Counted from the first letter of the stretch, positions 19,192 to 27,775 are shown. The stretch: DNA of 64,000 bases from a virus (IMGVR_UViG_3300033068_001924:3305-67304), one strand, 5' to 3'. Translations and numbers: made by a program. Notes: a model not told the origin generated them from the letters alone.

Positions 19192-20271
19192 CTACTCGGC
19201 CGGGTTGAGCTTGTCGGAGCGCTTTTTCAACTCCACCTGCATGTTGCGGAATTTCTTGGTGATCTCCTCACGACCTGCCGGCTGCAGCATGTTGCGCTCG
19301 CGCTCATGCTTTTTCGACCACGCTTCAAGATCGAGCTTGAGTTGATCGGCATCAGCCAATGTCATCTTCGGGTTCTGGAGCCCTGCCGCGATCGGCTTGA
19401 GATCGGCCACCATCGCCTTGTAGGCTTCAAGCGAAGCCTCCTCGTCGTAGCCGGTGGCCGTTGTTTGCTCCGTCTGCTCCGACTGGTCCTGCTCGTGCTT
19501 TTCGTCGTCGACGCGGTTGGCTGGATCGCGGCGGGCGTCGAGGACGTCCCAGAAAGCGTCGTAGCCGACGCGGTCGTTTTTCTCGGCGGCGTCGACGAGC
19601 TGCTGGTTCGACGGGTTGCGGGTGAGCGCCTCGACATCCTCCAGCGTCTTGGCATTGAGGACCATTTTGGCAAGCATGGCGATGCTGTCGGCGGCGGGGC
19701 CGACCGGCGGGGCTTTGCCCTTGCCTTTACCGGGTGCGCCCTCGAACCGCCCCCGGTTGCGCTGCTCGACAAGCTCGGCGTCATCATCCTCGGCGGCAAG
19801 ATCGAGGATCGCCATCTTGGCGTAGCGCCGGGCATAGGAGATCGTCGAGCCGATTCCTTGTGGGGTCCATTTCTGGACCGGCATCGAAATGGTTGATCGG
19901 ATGAATTCGCCCGAATCGTGCAGCAGTAGTGTCGTCACCGAGATGTTGCGCGGGACCGTGTTGGGGAATTGCAGCAGCGACAGACCGTTGGCCGACAGTG
20001 GGTCGCGGGTCGCCCTGCGCACCGCTGCGAGCGAGGCGTAGCGCATCTTGAAATGCGGGTTGGCGGAATCCTTCTCGGCATCCTCGATCTGCCCCTGTGC
20101 CTTGGACAGGGCCATCGCGAGTTGGGAGATGCTGTCGGAGGCCTCGTAGGCGACAACCGTCACCATCGCGACATCCGCTTCGGCCGGCGGCGCTGTGAGC
20201 GCTTCGCGGGCGTCGAAACGATCATCGTCGCCATAGCGCTCATAATCGGGGTCGTTGCTGTAATTGGCCAT
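19192..20271 (-). CDS. erf: ERF-family ssDNA-annealing recombinase
   Basis: ALSKAQ...KDSANPHFK.RYASL...HDSGEFI...QGIGSTISYARRY...EDDDA. Confidence 0.9.
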   Translation of the reverse strand: MANYSNDPDYERYGDDDRFDAREALTAPPAEADVAMVTVVAYEASDSISQLAMALSKAQGQIEDAEKDSANPHFKMRYASLAAVRRATRDPLSANGLSLLQFPNTVPRNISVTTLLLHDSGEFIRSTISMPVQKWTPQGIGSTISYARRYAKMAILDLAAEDDDAELVEQRNRGRFEGAPGKGKGKAPPVGPAADSIAMLAKMVLNAKTLEDVEALTRNPSNQQLVDAAEKNDRVGYDAFWDVLDARRDPANRVDDEKHEQDQSEQTEQTTATGYDEEASLEAYKAMVADLKPIAAGLQNPKMTLADADQLKLDLEAWSKKHERERNMLQPAGREEITKKFRNMQVELKKRSDKLNPAE

Positions 20272-20274
20272 GGG

Positions 20275-21030
20275 TCAGGCCTCCTGTTTCTGGCTGTATT
20301 CAACGCCGGGGATACCGAACACCTTGGCGCGGCAATCGGCATCAACGAGGGTTTTCAGGAACGCCTCCAGCGCATCCCCCTTGGTGGCGGCGTAGAAACG
20401 CAGCACCGCCTTGCGGTCGACGATGGTGGCAACGGTGGTGGTGCGCAGGCCGATAGCGCGCCCGCCGGTGGCGAGCTGGACCTTGGATTTCTCGACCTGA
20501 CGCGCTGCCTTGTCGGCCTCCTTAGCCTTGTCGAGCAGCTCCTCGGCCTGCTCCCGGGCGGCGAGGTCGGTGACTTGTGATTCCGCAAAGGCCTTGCGCG
20601 CCGCCTCGGCGGCCTTGTCGGCCTCGTCGCGGGCGATCTTGGCGAGCCGGTCCTTTTCCGCCTGCAGCTGCAGCAGCCAGCCATCGGCGGTGCGTTTCAG
20701 AGCGGCCATGGCAAGGATCGCCGAGCCCTTCTTCGAGGCATCGCCGATGAGCGGGTTGTAGCGCCCCCGGATTTCGGTCAGCGCCTCGTTGTGTGGCTTG
20801 GTCTCAGTGTCGAGCCGCTCGCCAGCCGTCCTGACCGCCGCGCGCAACTTGACGATCAGTCGGCCGACCTCATCGGCCTGCTCCTGCGATGCCAGTTTGG
20901 TGCCGTCGGCCCAGTTGCGGGCTTCCAGCAGAAGATCATTGATCTCTGTCTCACTGGCGTAGAACGGGACCAGTTTTGGGTCGATGTTATCGGTCTTTTC
21001 GATGATGCGCTCAGTGACGGTGTCGGTCAT
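20275..21030 (-). CDS. Coiled-coil hypothetical protein of the recombination operon
   Basis: GAGGGG RBS; first gene of the leftward operon. Confidence 0.65.
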   Translation of the reverse strand: MTDTVTERIIEKTDNIDPKLVPFYASETEINDLLLEARNWADGTKLASQEQADEVGRLIVKLRAAVRTAGERLDTETKPHNEALTEIRGRYNPLIGDASKKGSAILAMAALKRTADGWLLQLQAEKDRLAKIARDEADKAAEAARKAFAESQVTDLAAREQAEELLDKAKEADKAARQVEKSKVQLATGGRAIGLRTTTVATIVDRKAVLRFYAATKGDALEAFLKTLVDADCRAKVFGIPGVEYSQKQEA

Positions 21031-21063
21031 AATTATCCCCTCGATCAGGTGTCTCCAGCCATG

Positions 21064-21120
21064 ACCGTAAGCCTCGGGGGACTTGACTGTCAAATGATTT
21101 TTGTGGCGTCATGCCACAAA
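21064..21120. promoter_or_regulatory. Divergent control region with operator
   Basis: TTGAC-T-GTCAA palindrome (21083-21093) gives overlapping -35 boxes on both strands; TTTGTGGC-GTCAT-GCCACAAA at 21100-21120. Confidence 0.7.
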
Positions 21121-21133
21121 TCGGAGGGGTATC

Positions 21134-21565
21134 GTGACGATTCGCTTGAAGGACCTCAAGGGCTGGAAGGGTATCGATCTACAGGGGCGGCAGAAAAAGG
21201 GCCGCTTCCCGGTGGTCGCCAAATCGCGGCGCACGCTCGGCGGCATCGTGTTCGATTCGCGCGGCGAGATGCTGCGCTACGCCGATCTGCAGCTGCTCGA
21301 ACGGGCCGGGAAAATCAGCGAATTGCGGCGCCAGCGCGACTTTCCTGTGTATATCGGGGAAAAACTGCTTTGCACCTTCACCGCCGACTTCTCTTATCGA
21401 GAGCTGCCGTCAGGCGCTGAGGTGATCGAGGATGCCAAATCCTCCGGCACCCAGAAGGATACCGCTTATCGTCTGCGCAAGACAGCCGCAGAACTCTATT
21501 ACGGCTTCCATGTGCGGGAGTTTGGGGTAATCAACCCGGAGCGCCTCTTGTCAGGAGAGGGGTAG
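21134..21565 (+). CDS. DUF1064-family PD-(D/E)XK endonuclease (resolvase-like)
   Basis: GIVFDS..E..RY..L.LL..AGKI..L..Q, Y/F.ADF.Y, EDAKS motifs. Confidence 0.75.
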   Translation: MTIRLKDLKGWKGIDLQGRQKKGRFPVVAKSRRTLGGIVFDSRGEMLRYADLQLLERAGKISELRRQRDFPVYIGEKLLCTFTADFSYRELPSGAEVIEDAKSSGTQKDTAYRLRKTAAELYYGFHVREFGVINPERLLSGEG

Positions 21566-21641
21566 ACCCTGACACGTCGTGAGACCGACGGACGTGAAAT
21601 AGCCGAGGGAGGGGTGGTTCGCCATCCCTGAGGGGTAGGGA

Positions 21642-22199
21642 ATGACCTTAAATCTGTGGACGGAGGAGCAGGATAAGCTCCTCCGAGAATTGTGTGAGTC
21701 AGATCGCAAATTGTCGGCCCCGGCGATTGCGATTGCGATCTCCACCGCCTTCAACATCGTGCCGCCTCTGACCCGTGCCGCCATCGTCGGTCGTGCCCGG
21801 CGCCGCCAGATCAGCCTGCCCTTGCCCCGCACTGGCCGTGGCTTGCGCAACCCGGCAGCCACGCCTCAGCACGACACCCTGATTACCCCGAGGAATCGCC
21901 CGCCCGAGGCACCGCCGCCAAAACAGCAGCGACGCGGCAACATTCTGCCGGAGGTCGATGCCCCGGGTGTCTATCTGCTCAATGCCGCCGACGGGGATTG
22001 CCGTCGGCCGCTGACCGACTTGCCGGAAGGGGAGCGCCACCTGATGCGGGTCTGCGGCGAGCCGGTGCGGGAGGAGAGCCATTACTGCGCCGCCTGCTGC
22101 GAGCTGATCTACACCAAGCCTGAGCCGGAGGAGGTGGGGGGTCCGCCACGGTCACGACAACCGTTCATTCTGCCATCGAAACAGAGGGGTCTGAAATAA
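21642..22199 (+). CDS. gcrA: GcrA-like cell-cycle regulator homologue
   Basis: WTEE...L..L...SA..IA...TRAAIVGRARR N-terminus; LL.....DCRRP...CG.PV...HYC..C domain. Confidence 0.8.
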   Translation: MTLNLWTEEQDKLLRELCESDRKLSAPAIAIAISTAFNIVPPLTRAAIVGRARRRQISLPLPRTGRGLRNPAATPQHDTLITPRNRPPEAPPPKQQRRGNILPEVDAPGVYLLNAADGDCRRPLTDLPEGERHLMRVCGEPVREESHYCAACCELIYTKPEPEEVGGPPRSRQPFILPSKQRGLK

Positions 22200-22642
22200 T
22201 GTTGCCTGATATCCTGACCAAGACCGAAAAGCGTCTTGCCATGGTGCGCCATGTCGCCCGGCTCACCCGGGTGCCGGCGGCCGATATCCTTGGCCCGAGC
22301 CGTCGCCATGATGTGGTGCGGGCACGCTGGCATGCGATGACGCTGATCCGCGCCCATTTCGGCGACAGTTATCCCAAAATTGCCCGGGTGTTCGGGCGCG
22401 ACCACACCACCGCGATGTACGGCATCGCCAGTTATCTGTCGCCGATTCCGCGTCTCGATTATCCCAACCGGCGCCACCGGCTCGGCGATGTGATCGGGCT
22501 CGGGTTCTGGCTTGGCCGCGAACAGCTGGCGCGCGAGGCCGAGAAGGCGATTTCGACCGACAATGCGCTCAAGCACGCCGCCCGGGTGGCCCGTCGTGCG
22601 CGTGGCGAGCCGTGCTTTGCGGATTATCACCATGCAGCCTGA
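22199..22642 (+). CDS. Stand-alone DnaA C-terminal (domain IV) HTH protein
   Basis: ADILGPSRRHDVVRAR..AM.L...SYPKIARVFGRDHTT.MYG. Confidence 0.8.
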   Translation: MLPDILTKTEKRLAMVRHVARLTRVPAADILGPSRRHDVVRARWHAMTLIRAHFGDSYPKIARVFGRDHTTAMYGIASYLSPIPRLDYPNRRHRLGDVIGLGFWLGREQLAREAEKAISTDNALKHAARVARRARGEPCFADYHHAA

Positions 22643-24059
22643 GCGCCCCTTGCCGGTTGCCGGCACCGAGACGATCGAGGTCGAGCAGGTCCTGCTCGGC
22701 ACCCTGCTGGTTCATCCCGACAAGATCGACACCATCCGCGAGGTGCAGACCGAAGATGATTTCATCGAGCCGCTGCACCGCACGATCTGGCGCACCATGC
22801 TGGAGCGGCACGATGCCGGCGAGCGGATTACCATCGCCAATCTGACTGCCCGCATCGGCCCGGTCGAGATGGGTGGCATCTCCCTGCGCGAGTACCTCGC
22901 CCGCATGGCGGCGCAGATGGGGTCATCCTCGCATTCGCTTGTCGGCACCAGCCGGGCGGTCAGAGATGCCGCCGGCATGCGGCTGTTGCAGGACATCTCG
23001 GCCGATCTACTGCGCGACCTCTCGACCGGCGGCATCATCGACCCGGTGCCGGTGGCAGTCGAGATGATCCGCAAGGCCGACGAGATTGTGGCTACACACC
23101 TCGTCGATACGGCCCGGCCGATGACGTTGGGGCAGGCGGCGCGCAAGGCCGTCGAGGCGGCCCTCTTGGCGCGCGAATGCGGCACCCCGCCGGGCACCAT
23201 GCTCGGCCTGCCGGAGGTCGACCGCATGACCAATGGCGTCCATCCCGGCCAGCTGGTGATTCTGGCCGGCCGCCCCGGGATGGGCAAGACCGCGACCGCC
23301 ATCACTTTCAGCCTCAACGCGGCCCGCAAGGGCGTCTCGGCGTTGATGATCTCGCTGGAGATGACGGCACAGGACCTCGCCGAACGGGCGCTATCCGAAC
23401 AATGCTACCGGCAGGGCCATGATCTCGAATATCAGAAGGTTGCCGAGGGCGTGCGGTTGTCCGATCTCGACGTCCAGCACCTTGACCGTGCCGAGACCGA
23501 TCTGGCCAAGTTGCCGATGCGGATCGAGCAGCGCCCGGGGATGACCTTGGCGCAGATCGCCTCGGCGGCCCGGCGCTACTTTGCCACCCAGCGCGAGGCC
23601 GGCTACCCGGAGGGGTTGTTGGTGGTCGACTACCTCGGGCTGGTGCAGGCCTCCGGCCGCTACCGGGGGCAGCGCGTCAACGAGACCGGCGAGACTACGC
23701 GCGGCCTCAAGGCGCTGGCAAAGGAGCTGGGGGTGCCGATCATCCTGCTCTGTCAGCTCAACCGCGCCGTCGAATCGCGCGACGACAAGAAACCGCGCCT
23801 GCCTGATCTGCGTGATTCCGGCGATATCGAGCAGGATGCCGACACGGTGATTTTTTGTTACAGGGAAGAGTATTATCTGGCCCAGCTTGACACCAACCAG
23901 ATGTCGTCTGATGAATTGATGGCGCACATGGAGGCGATCACTCACAGCCGCAATGTGATGGAGATCGGGGTCGCCAAGCAGCGCAAGGGTCCGACCGGCT
24001 GGGTCCGTAATTTCTGCAACATCGGCTGTAACGCTATTACAGGCCTAAGCACGCAATAG
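22632..24059 (+). CDS. dnaB: Replicative DNA helicase
   Basis: ILAGRPGMGKT, SLEM, VVDYLGL, LCQLNR, DLRDSG.IEQDAD, KQR.GP. Confidence 0.95.
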   Translation: MQPERPLPVAGTETIEVEQVLLGTLLVHPDKIDTIREVQTEDDFIEPLHRTIWRTMLERHDAGERITIANLTARIGPVEMGGISLREYLARMAAQMGSSSHSLVGTSRAVRDAAGMRLLQDISADLLRDLSTGGIIDPVPVAVEMIRKADEIVATHLVDTARPMTLGQAARKAVEAALLARECGTPPGTMLGLPEVDRMTNGVHPGQLVILAGRPGMGKTATAITFSLNAARKGVSALMISLEMTAQDLAERALSEQCYRQGHDLEYQKVAEGVRLSDLDVQHLDRAETDLAKLPMRIEQRPGMTLAQIASAARRYFATQREAGYPEGLLVVDYLGLVQASGRYRGQRVNETGETTRGLKALAKELGVPIILLCQLNRAVESRDDKKPRLPDLRDSGDIEQDADTVIFCYREEYYLAQLDTNQMSSDELMAHMEAITHSRNVMEIGVAKQRKGPTGWVRNFCNIGCNAITGLSTQ

Positions 24060-24070
24060 GGGAGACGCCG

Positions 24071-25066
24071 ATGGCCGTAAGTCTTGAGCTTCTGGAATAC
24101 TTGGCATCCAAGGGATTTTCGACACAAGAATTGCTCGAAGCGGCGCGCGCCGCCGAGGCTGGCGTGGTGGTAAAGCGCTCGTCAGGAGCCGAGCGTCAGG
24201 CTCGTTACCGGGCGAATAAAAAGATCAATGAAATCAATGGTAGTAACAAAAGTGACGTAACGAGTGACGTAACTGTAGACGTAACAAGTGACGTAACAAG
24301 TGACGTAACGGTCAAGGCTGACGACACTCCTCCCCCTGCACCCCCTTCTCAAGAAAATCCTTCCTCCAAAAAGGACCCTAAAGGGTCCCAAAAAGGTTCC
24401 CCCTTACCGGAAGGTTGGAGGCCGTCTGAGGCAGCTCTGGCATGGTCCGAGGAGCGTGGAATCACTGCCGAACAAATCGACGAGCAGGTCGCAGCGATCG
24501 AGGACTGGGCGTTAGCGAATGCCCATCTTTCAAAAACACGGAAATCCAACTGGGATCGATTTTATTATAGCTGGATGAGGGATAAATACCCACTTAAACC
24601 GAAGCCGACGGCGGCCGCCCTGTCGCTCGACACCGAACTGGGTATCATGATCAAGGAATACCCCAAGCTCGCCAAGCCGATGGGCACCGCGCTCGACAAC
24701 ACCCGCGAGGCCTATGCCCGCGCGCTCGCTACCGGCGCCACAGCGGCCGAGATACTGGCCGGGGTGATCGGCTATGCCCGCGACTGCCGCCGCCGGCCCA
24801 AAAACGAGCAGGACGATCGCTTCATCCCGGCGCTCGGGCGTTTCCTCGACGAGCACCGCTGGAAGAACTACCACGCCGCCACCCCGACCGCCGGCGGCGT
24901 CCCGGTCGAGATGTGGCGCAAATTCGTCGAGCGCGCCAAGGAGACCGGGCAATGGCCGGATGGCCTCGGGCCACCGCCGAGCTTCCCCACCCCCCGCGTG
25001 CCGCGCGAATTGCTGGTGGAGTACGGCTTCGTGCAGGAAGAATTGCCGCCGGCCAAGTCTGGATGA
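24071..25066 (+). CDS. Lambda O-like replication initiator
   Basis: AERQARYR motif, internal iterons, LPEGWRP and ...Y.K...A...Y domain; follows dnaB. Confidence 0.7.
   Translation: MAVSLELLEYLASKGFSTQELLEAARAAEAGVVVKRSSGAERQARYRANKKINEINGSNKSDVTSDVTVDVTSDVTSDVTVKADDTPPPAPPSQENPSSKKDPKGSQKGSPLPEGWRPSEAALAWSEERGITAEQIDEQVAAIEDWALANAHLSKTRKSNWDRFYYSWMRDKYPLKPKPTAAALSLDTELGIMIKEYPKLAKPMGTALDNTREAYARALATGATAAEILAGVIGYARDCRRRPKNEQDDRFIPALGRFLDEHRWKNYHAATPTAGGVPVEMWRKFVERAKETGQWPDGLGPPPSFPTPRVPRELLVEYGFVQEELPPAKSG
24250..24309 (+). repeat. Five tandem 12-bp repeats (candidate ori iterons)
   Basis: AAGTGACGTAAC, GAGTGACGTAAC, TGTAGACGTAAC, AAGTGACGTAAC x2, next to an A-rich stretch. Confidence 0.85.
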
Positions 25067-25121
25067 TCTAGCGGTGGATCGAGCAGGGATGGTAAGTCGC
25101 CCCAGTATCTGGGGGCGGATC

Positions 25122-25460
25122 ATGGCGCTGATAAAAGACGAGGGTGTGATTGTCCTGCCGCGCAAGATCGGCCTGTGGCTGGTCCTCGGCGGCATCCTCT
25201 ATCTCGGCCAGCAGGTCTGGTCGGAGGCGGCGATGCGGGCGACCGTTGCCGGCGAGATTACCAACCTCCAGCGCAGCGACATCGAATCGCGCCAGCGCGG
25301 CGATGATATCCGGCGCCGGGTGACGGCGCTGGAGCAGACCGGGTCAGAAATCAACGGCCGCCTGATCCGGGTCGAGGAGCGTCTCGCGGGCGCTGTGGAT
25401 ATCCTCCGGCAAATCCGCGAAGACCAGCAAAAGAACAATTCCCGGCGTTTGGAGCCTTGA
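25122..25460 (+). CDS. Single-TM coiled-coil protein (holin/XhlA-like?)
   Basis: IGLWLVLGGILYLG TM followed by heptad repeats. Confidence 0.6.
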   Translation: MALIKDEGVIVLPRKIGLWLVLGGILYLGQQVWSEAAMRATVAGEITNLQRSDIESRQRGDDIRRRVTALEQTGSEINGRLIRVEERLAGAVDILRQIREDQQKNNSRRLEP

Positions 25461-25493
25461 CGGCCAAGCCAGTCGGCAGTAGCGTACAGCCAC
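25457..25493 (+). promoter_or_regulatory. Sigma70 promoter with one-mismatch operator
   Basis: TTGACG-17 nt-TAGCGT; GTAGC-GTACA-GCCAC (25479-25493) overlaps the -10. Confidence 0.5.
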
Positions 25494-25520
25494 AGTGTTC
25501 GTTTTTGAGCGGGGTGGTAA

Positions 25521-25928
25521 ATGTCGGTGCGGCGCGCACGCAAGGATCGTAGCCTGATCACGGGGTGGGATTTGACTGCCTCGTTCATCAAGCTCGATAC
25601 CTCCTACGCGGCGTTGTCGCGGTTCTTCCTGTCCGATCGCCGTACCGGCCATCGCTGGCAGGTCGAGGGGCCGTCAAACCCGGTGGCGCGGCTGATTCAG
25701 CTGATGTTGGCGTTGGGTCTGACGCTGGAGGATACCAAGTTACTCATCGATGCGGGGGTCGCAAAGGCCGGCAGTGGGGTGCTGCCGGCGCCGGTTGTTG
25801 ATCTGTCCTCTTGGTTGGCAGTGCTGTCATCCGAGCAGGAGGCAAGGATGAAGGACACCCCGAATGATAAACGTGATCGATCTGAGGCTGGCGCGGATTC
25901 GTCGCGCAGCACAACGCCTGCAGGCTGA
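25521..25928 (+). CDS. XRE-like HTH DNA-binding protein
   Basis: L..SYAALSRFF.SD.RTGHRW...GP..PVARL..LML pattern. Confidence 0.65.
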   Translation: MSVRRARKDRSLITGWDLTASFIKLDTSYAALSRFFLSDRRTGHRWQVEGPSNPVARLIQLMLALGLTLEDTKLLIDAGVAKAGSGVLPAPVVDLSSWLAVLSSEQEARMKDTPNDKRDRSEAGADSSRSTTPAG

Positions 25929-25996
25929 TGATGATGCCGGAGCGCGGGGTGACCTGCGCGCGGCGAAGTTCCATAAGCAGGTTCTAGAGGGGAATT

Positions 25997-26296
25997 ATGG
26001 CCAAGTCAGCACCGGCTGCCAACCGCGAGGTCGACAGCAGCGACAACGAGTATCAGACCGAGTCCGTCGCCGGCGACCAGCTTAAAGCCTTCATCGAGCG
26101 CATCGAGCGACTGGAGGAGGAGAAGGCCGGCATCGCGGGCGACATCCGCGACGTCTACGGTGAAGCCAAAGGCAATGGCTTTGATGCCAAGGTGATCCGC
26201 AAGATCATCGGCATCCGCAAACGCGATTATGCCGAGCGGCAGGAAGAAGAAGCGATCCTCGAATTGTATATGCAGGCGCTGGGGATGGTAAGGTGA
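25997..26296 (+). CDS. gapR: GapR (DUF2312) nucleoid-associated protein homologue
   Basis: [37 protein letters not shown]...E.EAIL.LY..ALGM. Confidence 0.92.
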   Translation: MAKSAPAANREVDSSDNEYQTESVAGDQLKAFIERIERLEEEKAGIAGDIRDVYGEAKGNGFDAKVIRKIIGIRKRDYAERQEEEAILELYMQALGMVR

Positions 26297-26865
26297 CGAT
26301 GACTAGGTATTTTTTTTCAAAAGAGAATCCGTTAACCATCATTGTCCACGGCACGGCGCCAGACAATCGGATCGGCGTGGAGTTCCATGAAGGGCGGGTA
26401 GATCAACTTGATCGTATCTGCCTCGACAGGGCTCAGGCAAATCTCGTCCAGCACTTTCTTAAGGCCGCTATTAGCAAGGTTGATGAACAGGAGGACGGGG
26501 TGGTCGATCAGGGGATGGATTTTTCGCAGGCGCTCGTCGCCATGAAGCGCGGCCACAAGGTCTCCCGCGCCGGTTGGAATGGCAAGGGCATGTGGATATG
26601 CCTCGGTAAGAGGCAGTGGCTGGAGCCGGAGGCGTTCTGGAATAAGCACACCCGCAAGTTTGCCGAAGATCAAGTCGCTGTCTGCGAGGCCAGAACCGGA
26701 CTCAAGCGCCACACCTCATCGGCTGATTTCAATGCACTCAAGCATTGCAAGACTGAGGTGCTGCCGTATTTCATCATGAAAACCGCCGACGACAAGATTT
26801 TGATGGGCTGGCTCGCCAGCCAGACCGATCTTCTCGCCGACGACTGGGGGATTGTGGAGGATTGA
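26293..26865 (+). CDS. DUF2829 / Tad2-like protein with N-terminal extension
   Basis: From 26515: [21 protein letters not shown]...PY..MKT.D....[14 protein letters not shown]. Confidence 0.8.
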   Translation: MTMTRYFFSKENPLTIIVHGTAPDNRIGVEFHEGRVDQLDRICLDRAQANLVQHFLKAAISKVDEQEDGVVDQGMDFSQALVAMKRGHKVSRAGWNGKGMWICLGKRQWLEPEAFWNKHTRKFAEDQVAVCEARTGLKRHTSSADFNALKHCKTEVLPYFIMKTADDKILMGWLASQTDLLADDWGIVED

Positions 26866-27775
26866 TGGAATCTCGTGTTGGGGAACTGGCCCTCGGGCAA
26901 GAAAACGAATGAGGTGGCGATCCCAACCAGCCACTTCCTCCACCCGGGGGTCGATGGAAGATCAACCGCGCATGTCTTGGAGGCCCGGGCAGCGGTGACA
27001 GATCGGAGAGACGATCACCTGTTTTGCCCGAATGGGCATCCGAGAAGGTGGGCGGGGTTGCCGGGGCCTGCAGCGCCTTTATCACGCGGAGAGAACCGGA
27101 CGAGAACCGAGATCGCCACCAGCGGTGACAGCCGGAGAGACGGCAACAAAATTCAGTTCGGCCGGGTGTCTTACTCTGACGCGATCCGGTTGGGCGTCGA
27201 TCGGGGGTCTCCTACCGTAAGGGTGGAGGCGCTGTGCGAGACGGGCGGTGATAGCACCCGGCCTCCGGTCACGAGTTTCCAACCTGTGCAAAAACCGCAC
27301 GAGTTGGTCCGAAGAGTGGAGAGCGACCACTCCTTCCCGGTTCGGGAATAGCACGCTCGCGAACGACCCTCGAAAGGGGGCCTCGCCTTCACTGGAATCG
27401 CCATGGCGGCCGGTTGGGATGGGGGTATCAGGCCAACAGCGCATGACGGCAGTCGAGAGCGGGTCGGGCGGATGCGGAGCCGGCTAGACCCTCGCCGGCA
27501 ACAAATTTCCCCAGTGATGGGGAGAAGAGGCAGGCCGGTTCGATCCCGGCTCGTTGGCCGAGGTCTGGTGAGAGAGACGGTTCGAGTCCGTCACAGGCGA
27601 GCCCCACGGGAGGGGTGGCCGAAGGGAGTGCCCCACCGGGGATGGGGTGGCTGTCGGGGAAAGGGGACGGGGCGCGCGACCCGCCTCTTTCCCCGGAGAA
27701 TTCGGCACTGTTGTGTGAGCTGGCAGTGTCAATGAGAGGCCTCGGGGCAGTTCACCTTCCCCGGGCCTTTTCTTT
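26866..27775 (+). ncRNA. Candidate large structured non-coding RNA (~900 nt)
   Basis: No credible CDS; many hairpins, GNRA loops, a covarying internal repeat, two T-arm motifs and a 3' terminator. Confidence 0.6.
27737..27775 (+). terminator. Rho-independent terminator
   Basis: AGGCC(T)CGGGG...CCCCGGGCCT followed by TTTCTTT. Confidence 0.65.

Noticed and set aside
24250-24309. CRISPR array
   Set aside because: Contiguous 12-bp repeats with no spacers, inside a CDS, and no cas genes
27431-27598. Canonical tRNA genes suggested by GGTTCGA motifs
   Set aside because: No D-arm or anticodon arm at tRNA spacing and no CCA end; reported as tRNA-like elements instead
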